Shown piece by piece: positions 24,888-39,340 of a stretch of DNA of 64,000 nt (its first letter is position 1; the number at the start of each line of letters is the position of its first letter). This DNA comes from Neoechinorhynchus agilis (taxonomy: Eukaryota; Animalia; Acanthocephala). A program made the position numbers and the translations under genes. The DNA is taken from the NCBI GenBank assembly GCA_051530055.1, contig CM121342.1, forward strand, positions 902,797 to 966,796, read 5' to 3'. The notes beneath the pieces are model-generated. The model did not search any database, was not told the DNA's origin, and saw only the letters and a list, made by a program, of their open reading frames with translations.

Positions 24888-26840
24888 TTGGTTTTTGTTG
24901 GAATAGAAGAACGGTAAAAATAGGTGTTATCCTAAAAGGAGCATTTCGAGAATCAATGCCTTTAGTCTTAACAGTGTCAACATATTGAGGTACTATTGGG
25001 ATCACTCTTTCAATACCCGGGTGCCCCCACAAAAACAAAGCTCACTCCATGATGCCTCTGGGACTCCGTTTAGAAGGAGTATGCAGCTGACAGATGATGA
25101 TAAAATCAAACATTCTCTAATATAAATACCGTCTCAATGTGCCCATTCAGTTTTCTGCAAAGAAAATCACAAAAAAGACACTTAGCGCGTGATTGTCTTC
25201 GGCGTCGGAAAGGTAGAACGCTGTCAAGTGCTCGTCCCCGATTTTGTTCAGACATTTGTATTCACAAAAGACACATTTTTAAAGACTATTAAAAGTGGAT
25301 GATCTTTAAGCGATTGAGCCATTATGATCACGCAGAGTTTGCGCTATAAATATAATATTAGCTCGAAAACGACAACTGTCCTACCAAATTCATTATATTG
25401 TAAAATAAAGGGTTGCGGCGAAAACGCCGAATTTTACCAAAATCATAATGATCAAGAATAATTATGTAGTTGATAAACGGACTTAAAATCGAGCAAAAAC
25501 ACGATTTTATAAGTATATTTTTACCAATTAATTTATAACACGAAGAAAATCTTTATTAACTGATGAATGATGTCTCATCATCCATAAGGTTGTTCTGCTT
25601 AGGAAAATAATCAGATTTAAATTGCCGAAAATCATACCCATGAATTTAAAGCGTCAAATGGAAATATAGATGAAGATCGCGATATGGATTAAAAAATCAA
25701 TCTAGTATATAGTTGAAAAGAGCAATTTAATATAAGCTTGGAATTAAGATACCGATAGTTACAAATACCAGGACGCCCGAGATTCATAACAAAACCTTTA
25801 CCACATACAACCTTCAAATGTAGGACTTATTCAAAAACTATGATCAACCGACTTTCTAAGCGCACTTTGTCAATTGCTGAATTATCGTACCTGATGTTTT
25901 AAAAGCATTAATACAATAAAGCATTGATATCTTCTTAAAAAATTAAATATATAATGACTTTGATTTTTAAAATTAATTTTTGAAAGAAATTTCTATGCAG
26001 CTGTCGCTAAAAATACAGCTAAATATCAGTTCGTGTTTTTATATTTTACATTCTGGGGATTTTCCAAACCTATTCGTAAAATTTGATGTATGTAATTCAT
26101 GGAACGAAAAGGAATCTAAATTTGGAAGGAAAATGTTTTTGATCCGGTTGGATGGACCGCTTTGCCTCAATAACTTATGGGATTTTTTGCTTATTTCTGT
26201 AGACGTCTAGTTCGATCAGACGTCTTCAGAAGATTGCATTTACATGTAGCATTCCGATCTTTAAAAATGCCAATAGTCTGAGTTGCAATTAAAAAATAAG
26301 ATTTTGCCTTTTCTTCGGCGAAATGAGGTATAGTCTCACTATGTAGGAACTGCTGCTTAACCAAACAAAGGTTTATCTCCGCTTCAAATAATAAAAGCTT
26401 TGCACATTCTAAGTTGAGAAAATCGTAAATAAATAACCAGGTATTTTTTGTAAAAAAGTGCATTTAATTCGAGAACTGCTCGAAGTTCACGGAAATCCAC
26501 AGAATTATTTCCATTTTATAAATAAATCCAACTATAGAACGCTGGTTAAAATTACAAATTTAATAATATTTTTATCTAATTTAAAGAGGTACTCATATTA
26601 GTGGTCACTAACGAAATTTTGCTTTTAATAAAAAAAAGTAATTTTGCAAAAAACGTTGTAAAGATCTAGGAAAATCTTAATTACCGAGTACTTTTATCTA
26701 CTCCTCGACGAGTGTTCACATTTTCAATCATGAAGAACAAAAGTTCGTCGGTAAAAGCGACATAAATGATGTGCCATTAAATGCATGCTGTAAAGTCAAG
26801 GCAAACTTTTATAATTTATGAATAATTCCAAAGTAAAATC

Positions 26841-27315
26841 TTAAATTCGCACAAAAAAAACACTGAATTGAAAGCAACATTGCGGATCTTTATGGAAAAA
26901 GCACACTGCGAGAACCAGTATGAAAATTTTCCGAACAAAAGGGATTCATCTAAAAATTCACATTTGGTAAATTGTCTATTGCACATTTGTCCGGAAAACG
27001 GTAAAAACGTAGGTTTGCAAAACGACGATTAACTTCCGTAAACGCCATCCAAGAGTTTGCCTATGACTTGAATATTGGTAATTAAGTTTCACCTCATATC
27101 AGACTTTGAAGATTATCAAAAACGGCAATTTTTGTAGCAGAAAAAAAATTACCAAGCAGTGATGGGAGCTGCTGACGAACTAGAGATCTATTTTAACCAC
27201 TGATGTTCGTCATAGAATAAAACGTTTAATTGTATTATTAGTCAATACTTGCGACTCAATAATTGGAATGATCTTAAATGGGAAATGTATACGAGGCATC
27301 GGAATGACTTATACC
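26841..27315. repeat. Dispersed about 475-bp direct repeat, copy 1
   Basis: Near-identical to 36773-37247; no TIR or ORF recognised. Confidence 0.95.
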
Positions 27316-27464
27316 TTTTACGATATAGCAATTAATTTCGATATTTTGTTAAAAGCAAAGTCAGTGATGTACGATTTGGATGTTTATTGTGATGCAAGCC
27401 ATTTGCCAGTTTAATCCATCGAAATATTACATTTGAAGTGTTTAGGACTTTTATTATTTTTAAG

Positions 27465-29710
27465 CACAAAACAGGATTTATTTTGACTTATTTGCGAAAA
27501 ATCAAATTCCTCTTTGAATACATTCATAGAGCTTGGACGATGGAACCAGTTAAAATTTAATTTCTTGTGAATAATAAGTGTTTTAACTTCAGCATCATTT
27601 TTATAGATGAAAATTTCGCCCTTTCGACCGTATTTTATTGATCGAAATAGTTTTTGTTCGTTTATTTTCGCTAATATGACTGAGATTTCCGCATCAAATC
27701 CATTGAATGGATTAGAAATATTATTTAGGTCTTCAACCGGTTATTAATTTTTTATCAAAGACGTTTCGAACCTCGTCTGGTTCACCGTCAGTTCTAAAAT
27801 ACAAATGGTTAAATATTTATTCTGCTCTCACACGCGCTTATGGACCAGCTCATTTTTAACCATGATACCTTCCATCGAATTCGAAATTTGTCACGCAAGC
27901 GAACTCAAGCAGACTCTTTAGATCTGTTCTAGTGTCGATTCTCCCCAATGGAGACACTGTTATAGAGGGAAACAATATCCATTGTACAATTCGTACATTT
28001 TTCCGAGATGTTGATCTCCCTCAGTTTCTCGACGGATTACCTCGAATTTTTCAACTTGGTAGATACTTGTGATGTTGCTTCTGTCAAGCACCTAACCTAG
28101 AACGTTCCCAGATCGTAATTGAAACTGAAAATCATTGATACGATCGGTCTTAGAGGACAGTTTTATTTGTGTATTTTTTGGCAGACCATACGTCTTGGGG
28201 ATCCTTGGGTATATCTGTTTATATATTTCCCGGCTTAGCCATCCATTCTCTTTGTCCTGCTCCAGATGCTTTATAAGCTTGTTCGCCACCTTGTTCGAAG
28301 ACAGCTTATCTTCATTAGTAAAGATATCTGTGTCTGATAGAATTACACCCATTTTTTGTTTGTAATCCTCTTTTCCACAGTTTTAGGAAAACAATTTCTT
28401 TTGTCATTTGTTTAAGCTCCTGTACTGCTCGACTTTTATGCTTGGACAAGTTGCTACCATGCACTTTATGGCCAATGTCCGATAATTTCGTTTATTAATA
28501 CACTGTTGAGAGAGCATTAATTACCTGCGACGTCGCCACATTTTCAACTGTGATTAAACCGATTTTTTACAATTGTTATGGCCGGCGATGAACGGAGTAC
28601 TGACGAGTTCATGGAATATCTCAATCGCCAACATCATTCAATCAAATTAACTATGAATAGGTCCGATGAAAATAGAAGGTTAATGTTTCTAGATGTATTG
28701 ATTCAAAAAATGAAACCCGAATTACTACATCGATTTACAGAAAGAAGACCCAAAAAATAATTATATACTTTGGAATAGTGCTCATTGTAAAAGCACAAAA
28801 GTTGGTATAGAAGAGTGCCACACCGAATTTTCAGCAAGTCGGAGGACACCAAAGGTGTGCTTACTTTAGCCCGAGAGCAAGTGGACCGTGCGAAGAACCC
28901 CCACTCGAACGAAAGAGCCGTGCACCCGAATCGAATTGACCTGCGCATTGGATTGCTCGACATGGGCCCACAAACCGACAGTGGCTAAATGAGATTTCGA
29001 TGACAATCAAGAGAAGCGGTCTGCCAATAAAATGCCTAATTTATTTTCGATTTTCTTTACTCAAAGGAAACCTCATTTTTCGGAAATGCCAGGAAGTAGA
29101 AAAGAAGGCTGTTGTCTACAAAGTTTCGTGTAGCCAATGGAACAGCAATTACTCCGGACAAACAGGCCGGAATCTAAAGACGAGATTGGCGGTACGTAAG
29201 CAACCCAAGACGAAGAAGATTACCCTTTTTGCGCTCAATCAAGGGGGACTTCTTTATCATCAAAGAACAGAAATCAAATATGAACGACTAACGAGGTTAC
29301 AAATTCTGCCTTTATGGCCAACGAAATGTAACAATACTATGCAGAATAACCATTTCATCAGTCGTTATTTAGAACTGATGATGAACCCTACGAGGTTCGA
29401 AGCGTTTTTAATAAAAAAAATTGCTTAACGGGTGAAGGCCTAAACAATACTTCTAATCGTATAACCAAGTACCTCATTACCGACCATTGAATGCAGTTGT
29501 ATATTTTCTGTTGAGATATAAAAGCCGGTTTCGCAGGTTTCATTCAAAAACCGCGGTCGAAGAAATCCATGGCGAATTTCGCTCGGGTTTCAGCTGAATT
29601 TTTGTTTAAATGAGCAACCGAAATCAATAGCGACATTTTTATGCTTAGATAAAATTTTGTGGCTATAATGTTCTATTGACCGGTTTTGTCGATATTTTTG
29701 CTTGAATCTT
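27465..29710. mobile_element. Penelope-like (RT + GIY-YIG) composite relic with internal inversion, copy 1
   Basis: Minus-strand RT piece (KTYGLPK..., SLFPSI-like) at about 28480-27840. Plus-strand thumb (YLNRQHHSIKLT..FLDVLI) and GIY-YIG (VVYKVSC..YSGQTGRNLKTRL) at 28560-29250. About 55-bp inverted termini at 27750-27800 and 29365-29420. Confidence 0.85.
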
Positions 29711-30693
29711 TGACGATCGTGCCAGTAATTATATGCTCGTCTCAAATATTAAGCTATGCATGCGCAAGTTCATTTTATTCCACAGTCCACAGTCGATTAA
29801 GAACTAAAGCAATGAAAATATGTCCTTTATTCCATTTATAGAAAAGATGTTAGTAGTCTTCAGTGAAGAAGTCTTTAGTGCACGGGTTAAAAACGTTAAT
29901 TTTTTTATTTCAAAGCGACATTTCGCTGTGAAGATATCGTTGGCAGCAGTAACTTTTTTTGATTCGCAATGCGGGATAACATGGAAATTTTTGTCATTAG
30001 TGGAGCACCCCCAGTTTCTCACATTTGAAGTGGTATGGCGGGTTAAAGAATGACACGAAAATTAATGAGTTGGTTATAAAGTTTTACTTTATGTAAATTC
30101 TGGAATCATGGAAGTACTGTTCTGTATGTAACTATTAAAAATGTAAGAATATTCTCTTTTGATCTAGACTATGAAATGTTTGCTGCTTGGGAAACTGTTC
30201 CAATGGCTTTGCCTAAGGAATGATTAAAAATTGAACGGAAGTGAACGTACGACAATGACTTTTTAAGGATTGTAAATGTTAAAATACTGAGCTTTGCTTT
30301 GATTTAGATCCGAAAATTCGTGAGTCCCAGATGACTCACAAAGCTAAAGCCTTTCATCAGCTATTTAGTCATGCGACATGCACTCGTTGTTCCATACAGC
30401 CTTTCCCCTCATTTCCTCACGAAAAACTACTTAAGTCTCTATAGTAGATTGTATGCAGAGCACACTGCACCCCTCGACTTCAACCAGTGACAGTTCAGTA
30501 CATTTTCCCTATTGCACAAAGGTACTATTTGACTCACAGTTCGTAAAAGTACGCTCGCTAAGAGCACGCTTAAAGATTGACATGTGACCCCAGTTATCAT
30601 TGTCTAGTCTCCTCTACATATATGGATCATGTATCCTCTGTGCACTCGCAATCTCCACGAAACTTCATCCATAGCCTTAAAATTTAGATTAAA

Positions 30694-33417
30694 ATGGCTG
30701 ATCGCGCTTGGGGAATTGTATCCGTCTTCTTCTGCTATGTCGTCGTCCTCGCCGTTGGAATATATTCCGCTCGTCGAAGACGGAGATTGGTACACGAAGA
30801 CAGCCGAAGTCCCGAAGAAGTCATGTTGGCTGGTAGGAGCATCGGTATAATTGTTGGAATCTTTACAATGACCGGTATTCAACATCGTTCAATAAAATTT
30901 ATTCACCAAATCTTTCAAATTAGCTACTTATATTAGCGGTGGAGTATTGACGGGTGCCATGGAAAAGATTTATACGGAAGGGATAGTTCATTGTCAAGCT
31001 CCCGTAGCGTATACTCTTAGTCTTGTGGTTGGTGGAATCCTATTTGCTCATCGGATGCGAGCCAGGGGATATGTCACAATGTTAGATCCGTTTCATCAGA
31101 AGTACGGACGGCGAATGTGTGCTATTATGTTCCTACCCTCTTTGTTTTCCGGAATATTCTGGACAGCGAGCGCTTTATTCGCTCTAGGTAAGTTCAAATG
31201 ACCAATAATTTAAAACAAAAATTTAAGTCCATCTCGTAAACTAGGAACGAGCATTTCAGTGGTAACTCGGCTGAACAAAACGGTTGCGATCGTGATATCC
31301 GCTTGTACTGCTTTAACCTACACAATGCTCGGAGGACTCATTTCAGTGGCACATACTGATATCATTCAACTGATCGCGGTATTCGCTGGAGTCGTAAGTA
31401 TAGAAACGCTTTGATCTCAACGAGATAATTTAGAAAACTAAATTTAGTTCGTTGCTCTTCCTTATACACTCATGAACGAACATGTATCGATCAACTGGAA
31501 TTCAACAGCCCCGTGGATTGGCAACGTTGAAAAGCACACATGGGGCAAATACATTGATACTTTTCTAATGATAATGCTCGGAGGAATTCCGTGCCAGGTA
31601 GATTGTATCAAATGAATAAAAACATCCACATTATTGAAAAGGATTACTTTCAACGAGTGCTGTCATCGAACACTCCAAGAAACGCCGTTCTTGTGTCGTT
31701 ATTGGGTGCTCTTGGTTGCACGGTTATCATTGTTCCGCTGCTAATAATGGGAATCGCTGGCAAATCAGCAGGTTGGTTGTATTCAATCTTTCGTTTTTTA
31801 AGTCTTTAACGAGAACTTTCTATCATTGTCTTTTGTAATGTACTAGACATTTGCAGTGATTGTTGTAGAACATCGAGAAGGGCGCAAAATTCTCTCTATT
31901 GAGCTCTAGAGAAATGCCAGACTTTCAACGTTTCCCAAGGATGGGTTGAATCGGTCCAGATCTAGATTCATTTTGAAAAAAATCCATGATCTATTCGAAT
32001 TTTGGATGAAAAGTTTCGGACGATCAATGTGGAGTAATGTATGACTGTAAAAGGTTCCCCTTTTGTATCGTCGATTTCTACTTTTCTGCGCTATTGATTT
32101 AACATTTCGGTTAGACACAAAAACGTTTCATTGTTGCACTTTTTTTAGCGAACTTATTGTTTAAAGTTTAAAATCGTGGATGTTTAGATTGGGAATCAAC
32201 GGACTACAATGCTTCGATTAGCGACGATAAGGCGAATTTAATGCTTGCGCTGATACTTCAATATCTGACGCCAAACGTTGTATGCTTTATCGGAATTGGA
32301 GCCGTTTCAGCTGCAGTAATGTCCAGTACCGACTCTAACCTACTCGGAACGAGCACTTTAGTTGCCCACAATCTTTGGAAAACATTGATCCGACCGAAAG
32401 TGAGTAGGCGGTAGGTTAGGTTTTTGTGGCGGGCTGGACTTGGTCGCGGTTTGGGATTAATTTAGATATCTGGCGGATATTTTCTCGATGTGCATCTATC
32501 ATCGAAGTGATCTTATCGATATCTTCATAAAATAGTGGGAGTTAAGATTGCTTCCTTATATAACCAATTAGGCAAAACATTGCAGTGATCTATCACTCCT
32601 TGGAGACTTGATCATTGCAACTTATCGAGAATGCGAACAGAGTGGTCAACCTCGTCTTTGATGGAAAGTTCAATAACTCACACTATGTCTTCTGATGAAA
32701 TTTTGACTACTTTGATATCAACAGAGCATTTGAAGGCGCTAGTCTAAATTTCATCCTTGATGGCAGCATTTGCGGCTGAGACTGCTTTAAAATCACACAT
32801 GAATCTAAAAATTCAGTATAGAAAAGACCACACCCAGAGCGTCCATATATGTTGGCATTTTTAATACCTTTGATCACCTTAAGGCTTCATCAACTGAAAT
32901 GTTGTGGGTAATGAGAATATCGATGCTTCTCGTGGCGATAATCTCAGGCATCATCGCATGTACCACAGAAAGCATCTATGGTCTTCTTATAGTCGCCGCA
33001 GAATTACTATACGTCGTTCAATTCCCGGAACTCGTGTCTGTCCTTTATGTTGACTTCTCTAACACGTACGGAGCTATCTCTGGATTCATCGTTGGAGTCG
33101 TGCTCAGAGGTTTGGCAGGTGAAGAAAGTCTTAAAATACCAGCAGCTATCCGTTTTCCGGGATATGTCAGAACGAACGATCAAATGTTCCCAATTCGGAC
33201 ATTCTCTATGGTCATTACATTCATGGCGATTGTCGCTGTTTCCTTTATTACCCATTGGGCGTTTGTGAACAACCACGTGAATCGACGGTACGATGTATTC
33301 CGGTGTTTTAGAGCTTCGAATCGCGGAAGTGGAGAAATAATCAAAGATAATGAATCCAAACACGGCGGAAGTACTGAAAGTCAGCTGTCTAACAGTCAAA
33401 TGAATATGAGATTGTAA
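30694..33417 (+). CDS. SLC5A7: High-affinity choline transporter (SSF/SLC5 family), 7 exons
   Basis: Motifs EEVMLAGRSIGIIVGIFTMTAT, GYVTMLDPFHQKYG, LGGIPCQDYFQRVLSS, AAVMSSTDS, QFPELVSVLY, FPIRTFSM. All introns GT-AG. Confidence 0.93.
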
Positions 33418-34559
33418 AGTTTTGATTGAACGTCTCGTATAGGAGTTAGTAACCAAATAAGTAAATATTAGCTTGAACCGTGTTTAAACTCGAATTTAAA
33501 GTAGTCATTCTAAGTTTATGCAAATGCGTATAGATTTGGCGCATGCATGCAGCAAATTGTGTTGTTGAATTCGGAAAAAGTGCTGATTTGAAACAAAACC
33601 ATTCTGCTTGCGCGTTAAAATAAGTATTGTTTATATTTTTCATTGTCGGCAAAACTGTGTTCTTTAGATGAGTACGAAGGAAATGATCTTTTCTAGTAGA
33701 TTAGCGATCGACAAACGAATTTAAGGGCCACAATGGTTCGCGGGTCAAAAGTTTTTTCAATGTGATTAATTTATTAAGTAATATAAGAGTTTTAAAAACT
33801 TAAACCTTGATGCGAGGAACTAATATTCACGCGTCCGAAATATGTACATTTCCAGCTAATGAGCGTCGCAAACTTTAATTTCTACTATAACAGGAAAGGC
33901 CTTGTTTTTTGTGCATAATTATATTTTTAACAAAACAGTTAATAAAGTTCATGGTGCCAAAATAAGCGAAACTTAAAGATGCGCCCCTTTTGTTGACTTT
34001 AAACAATTGCACTAGCATTTCAAGTTCGTTCAGCAATAATACTAACGCTTTCGAAGAAACATATAGTCGTTTCATAATTGCGAGAGCATGATTTTCATTG
34101 GTAATTTCTTATTCTCTCCAATAAGATTTTTAGTTTAATTCATAAGGGCATTATTTAATTTGAATCCACTAGGTTTAAATTGAAAATCGTTGCAAAATTT
34201 TGGTGTTTTTAAGCGCGACAGAAATGATAATGCCAGTCGTTGGTCGCTCTAATTTATCCGGCGTTCTTATCCGACCGTTTATGAATTGACGACTAATCTT
34301 ACCGAATTGCACTTGACTACTGGCGTAAAGAACTCGAACTGCCTGTCCCAACGGATACATCAATACAAAAACGTTGGTTAAACCCTTGGTTTTAGAAGGA
34401 ATTCCGAAACCTCCCTAGTTCTTGTTCCGACCCCTCGCTACCGCAACCAAATAGTCTATTAGTTTTCTTAACGCTTTACCAATCCCGTCGTTTTGTACTA
34501 AAATGGATGGCCGCTGCTTTAGTCTCGCTTGAGCACTGCATTTAACTGTGGCTTCTCAG

Positions 34560-34860
34560 CGCCACAGCATGGTGAGTGCGCCAATATGTATGGTTTTTTC
34601 AACGGCATTCCGTCTCTTCTCGAGCGGGTCGGTTTAAGCCGAGGTGACGGGAAAATACCGGACGGCACATCAACAGTTCCGCGTTAAATAAGCCGTCTCT
34701 TTCGCACTTGAATATGATTGCTAAGAGCAGCGTGAAATGGCGAAAAAGGTATCGTCGAAAAAAGGAGAAGTTCAAATGTATCGATCCGTCTCGTTCTACA
34801 TTTTCCAAGCTCTCGCCGTTGAGACAATTAATGCCGTCGAACAAGCGCTGCACAATTTTT
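34560..34860 (+). mobile_element. CRE-clade non-LTR retrotransposon 3' fragment (REL endonuclease)
   Basis: GIPSLLERVGLSRGDGKIPDG and FQALAVET motifs; decayed. Confidence 0.6.
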
Positions 34861-34919
34861 AGCCAAGACTGGAAAAAGTTGAAAATTTTATACTTTTTCC
34901 TTGATCCCTGAAAATTCGC

Positions 34920-35280
34920 TCACATTTCAGACGCTATACGAATGCTCGCGAAGTTTCCCCGTTGCATTATGTTTTGCCGCAAGAACATTTAGTAGCGAGG
35001 ATCCCTCGTTATTTTCACCAATCTCGGCTCTATTTTCATGGTCACCGTCAAAGACATCTCTCCCAACGACCCACGAAGGGCGCAAAGATGAGTTGTACTT
35101 GGCAACTTTCCTTCGCCTTTTTTCGCAACTTCGAAGTTACGTTTGGCCAAAGTGTCTTCGGCGCATGTCGCGTCCCACATAAGACAGCGGCTCGAGAGGG
35201 ATAACGGTCACTAGGTCCGGGCCTCTTCCATCGAGAGTTGGCTCGACGACATTGGAAATGTTAATGCGAGCTCGGCTGAT
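34920..35280 (-). mobile_element. CRE-clade non-LTR retrotransposon 3' fragment, convergent with the previous one
   Basis: GRGPDLVTVIP, WDATCAEDTLA, RDPR..FLRQNIMQRGN motifs; frameshifted. Confidence 0.6.
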
Positions 35281-35643
35281 TATATCGCTGAGTGCCGAGT
35301 GTCTCGGGAACCTCCTGGATGATTCAGATATTCAATGTTCAATAATATTGGAAAATGGTGAAACAGCGAACGATTTTATTCGAGGATAAAGACGTTTCGT
35401 CGCGCCCATGGGAATTTTAAACGCGAAAATCTAATATTTTCCTATCTTTATTCGAACAAAGTAAAATTGAGTCCGGCGGGATCGAGAATAAAGGCGAGGA
35501 AACTAAAGCCTGTCTCCCTTCTTCTTCGTCACATTAACTACCACCTTCTTTCGTACAAAGTCGACGACCCCTCACAGCGACTGCGTCCCAACGCTCGCTC
35601 GCGTTCTCTCCCAACGAATTTCGTTCGATCTCTCGCCAAAAAG

Positions 35644-36138
35644 ATGTCACTTCCACGATGCTTCTTCGATGTTAGTATTAATGGTAGCCCGAGTGGACGG
35701 ATCGTCATGGAACTCCGATCCGATGTTGTGCCCAAAACAGCCGAGAATTTCCGTGCTTTGTGTACTGGAGAAAAAGGATTCGGATATAAAGGATCTTCGT
35801 TCCATCGGGTAATCCCGCAGTTCATGCTTCAAGGTGGAGACTTTACCAAACACAATGGCACCGGCGGAAAGAGCATCTACGGGAACAAATTCGAGGATGA
35901 GAATTTCAACCTTAAACACACTGAAAAGTATTTGCTGTCCATGGCAAACGCTGGGCCCAATACCAACGGATCGCAGTTCTTTATTACGACCGCACTTACC
36001 AGTTGGTTAGATGGCAAACACGTTGTATTCGGTAAAGTTGTCGAAGGAACGAACGTAGTCGATCAAATCGAAGCTGTTGGAAGTCAAAGCGGAACAACTA
36101 GCAAAAAAGTTACCATTACGGATTGCGGTCAGCTGTGA
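35644..36138 (+). CDS. PPIA: Cyclophilin A (peptidyl-prolyl isomerase), intronless CDS, 164 aa
   Basis: [39 protein letters not shown]...[10 protein letters not shown]...DCGQL. Confidence 0.97.
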   Translation: MSLPRCFFDVSINGSPSGRIVMELRSDVVPKTAENFRALCTGEKGFGYKGSSFHRVIPQFMLQGGDFTKHNGTGGKSIYGNKFEDENFNLKHTEKYLLSMANAGPNTNGSQFFITTALTSWLDGKHVVFGKVVEGTNVVDQIEAVGSQSGTTSKKVTITDCGQL

Positions 36139-36223
36139 ACTCGATCCGTGTCTTAGATTTTCGCCATTAAGTCATTCTACTTTATTTGAATGGGTTCGAT
36201 TGAAATGCGCAGAATATTTGAGT

Positions 36224-36628
36224 CATTGAAATCTCCTCAAAGGAAATCTACGTGGCTTCCTTTACTAGATTCTCAGAGGTCTCGCCATTTACAAAGTATT
36301 TCGCCATCTCGATGCTATAAAACCGAATTTTAGATCAGTTTTCTTTAATTCTATCTTAAAAGTTGCATCTCTTAATCGGGGAAGATTTTATTTTGAAACA
36401 TTTTGATTGAAATGTGCACTCCTTATGACACTAGAACATTCAGGACATTGAAATCTCCTCAAAGGAAATCTACGTAGCTTCATTTACTAGATTCTCAGAG
36501 ATCTCGCCATTTACAAAGTATTTCGCCATCTCGATGTTATAAAACCGAATTTTGGATCAGTTTTCTTTAATTCTATCTTAAAAGTTGCATCTCTTAATCG
36601 GGGAAGATTTTATTTTGAAACATTTTGA
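36224..36628. repeat. Tandem duplication (about 183 bp repeated, period 222) downstream of cyclophilin
   Basis: 36224-36407 repeats at 36446-36628. Confidence 0.9.
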
Positions 36629-36772
36629 TACTAAATCGAATATCAAATTAAAAGTAGCCTTATTTGAAATTATCGTACGACGCACATTGATCATTCCTGG
36701 GTTTTATAAATACTTTATTTTAACGATCGGATTCTTTTTATGTTTGAAAATGAGAATTGAGTCTATGTATAT

Positions 36773-37247
36773 TAAATTCGCACAAAAAAACCACTGAATT
36801 GAAAGCAACATTGCGGATCTTTATGGAAAAAGCACACTGCGAGAACCAGTATGAAAATTTTCCGAACAAAAGGGATTCATCTAAAAATTCACATTTGGTA
36901 AATTGTCTATTGCACATTTGTCCGGAAAACGGTAAAAACGTAGGTTTGCAAAACGACGATTAACTTCCGTAAACGCCATCCATGAGTTTGCCTATGACTT
37001 GAATATTGGTAATTAAGTATCACCTCATATCAGACTTTGAAGATTATCAAAAACGGCAATTTTTGTAGCAGAAAAAAAATTACCAAGCAGTGATGGGAGC
37101 TGCTGACGAACTAGAAATCTATTTTAACTACTGATGTTCGTCATAGAATAAAACGTTTAATTGTATTATTAGTCAATACTTGCGACTCAATAATTGGAAT
37201 GATCTTAAATGGGAAATGTATACGAGGCATCGGAATGACTTATACCT
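36773..37247. repeat. Dispersed about 475-bp direct repeat, copy 2
   Basis: Near-identical to 26841-27315. Confidence 0.95.
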
Positions 37248-37257
37248 AAGTCACCGA

Positions 37258-37330
37258 CTACACTGATGCCAGCACCACCGACTGGGACAGCACGTTAATG
37301 GCTTCACTGGGAACCTGGATGCAAAACCAC
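37258..37330 (+). mobile_element. Possible DIRS/LTR-type RNase H fragment
   Basis: YTDASTTDWDSTLMASLGTW resembles the TDAS..GWG..L....G.W motif; short. Confidence 0.3.
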
Positions 37331-38149
37331 AATTTGAAAACGGAAACTTGCCCGCCTAAAACGAGTCAAGTGAAGAGAACATCACCAATACGTCACTTTC
37401 AACTTCATCAGCCAAGGGAACCACATGACCGAGCTTCTACGCAGGATTCCGTGAGGTTTGTGATGGGATTTTCTCCCTAATGAAAATAGGACTTCTTAGG
37501 GTCCATGGAAACCGTAATTCACGCTGCGGCGGTTCCGGTTCACTCCCTAAGTCCATTGATGGTGTGCGCTAAAATCCTATCAGGCGCGCAATATCGGGCA
37601 AACTGCACCGAGACTAACTCTGAGTTATCTTGGATGCGTCTCTTTTCGTTTTCTCGACTAGTGTTTTCCGCTGGTGATGTTTCTGAATGATCACTGACCA
37701 CAAAAATAAAAGAGTGAATAAGTTTTTTTGCGACAGCATGTGAGCTACGTAAGGAGTGTGTCCAGGAGCGTGACCACCGCCGAAACTCAAATCGGTTGCT
37801 TGCTGGACGCGTTTCTTCGAGCAAAAATTTAAACGCAAATTATAGGCTTCATTGTTATCTCTAGCTTCATATTTCCACCTCGGCTCCAAAGATGAATATA
37901 TTGTTCCTTCTTCTTCGACTGCTGACGGCTCGTTGTACAAAATCACCAATCTCATACAACGATAGTTCCAATCATTGACGTGAATGATAAATCAGCAAAG
38001 ACACTTGTATCAATTCCGAAATGGAAAGAACGAAGGGATTTCGCTCAATGATAGCATCGCAAAATATCCGTCTTACTTTGAAACATCCGATTTCAATTTA
38101 ACAGATTTACTATTATAAATGGCAGCTTTTATCACCCCAAAGGCTTAGT

Positions 38150-39340
38150 TTTTTGACTTGCCACATCGATTTCATGCAAGACCTTCATTAGAGTCGTTCA
38201 TTCTCATTTCAGGACCACAAAATACTGTCGAAAATAGAATACTTGATTCGCCAACCAATTCGGCAAGTATATTTATCCTCCTCCTCAAACAACGAACGAG
38301 CGCATTGTCCGCATAGACAACGCCCGCAACGGTCCATAATTGCAAGAAACGTATTGCTCTCAATCAGTAACAGTTTCCAAGCACAAGCAACATTCCGAGT
38401 CTTTACTGAACTCGCATCGTAAATTGTATATCTTTTCAAGGTTTTCGTAACATTCGAGGTAATGCGATGTCCTTTGGTTTGAATCATCGGAATCCAGTAC
38501 ATAAAAACACCTAATCGGACGAACAAGTCCGTGTTTTCATGAGCAATTTTGATCGCATGAACCGTTTGCGGTATAATTTGGGAAAATTCCATCGGAAATC
38601 AGCGTTGGACGTCGCATTATATCAGAAAATGTTGAATCATTGGATATGCTGCGGGCCATTGAAGTTTCTTGGAATGTTGCGCTAATTGTTGAAATGTCAA
38701 ATTAAGGGAAGTGCCCGAGTTGTTGCACAGACAATCCTATTTTTGCAGCGTTCAACTTCTGATGACTTTTGGCGATATTGAATATCGTGATGATGTATCC
38801 ATTGTTTAACTATTTTCTATTCGAAAATATTTTGCTTTGTTGATACGCGAGTGTAACAGCGAAGAGTTAATCAGTTCTATAATTTCTTCTACTATTCGAG
38901 GCCATCTTCCCAGCGGAAGGCATTTCTAGTGGATCTTCAGCATTCAACTAAAAACCGATCGGAATTGAGCGTAGCAATATAATCAAAGTCTTTTGAAACT
39001 TCAAATATATTTGAATACTTCTGACGCAGTGATATTTGGTATTATATTCCGATATATAGCTCTTTTCGCATCTCGACTTTAACAGAAACGCCCACATAGA
39101 AAAGATGTTCATTTTGGGAGTTCTATTCGTCGCAGCTCTTTTAAAGCTTTTGAAACTCTGGGTTATTTTAATAACTTGATTAAAAGTTATCATAGCCAAC
39201 AATTGGCAAAATCTGTCGATTGAAAGCAATTCGCCCGCTGATTCTGTGAAGAATGGGCAATATTTATTAGCTCTAAGAGTACTTCTTAGATTTCATTGTT
39301 TTGATTCACTCCTTTTTGAACGGCATCTACAAACACTTTA
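38150..39340 (-). pseudogene. Probable decayed hAT (ZMYM1-like) transposase
   Basis: Scattered motifs QNNEI, CDE.NSQNEHL..V...ELYIG and SLNL across frames, with many stops. Confidence 0.4.

Noticed and set aside
35467-35643. N-terminal extension of cyclophilin from a TTG start in the ORF track
   Set aside because: The family-typical start is the ATG at 35644; the extension has no recognisable targeting or domain features.
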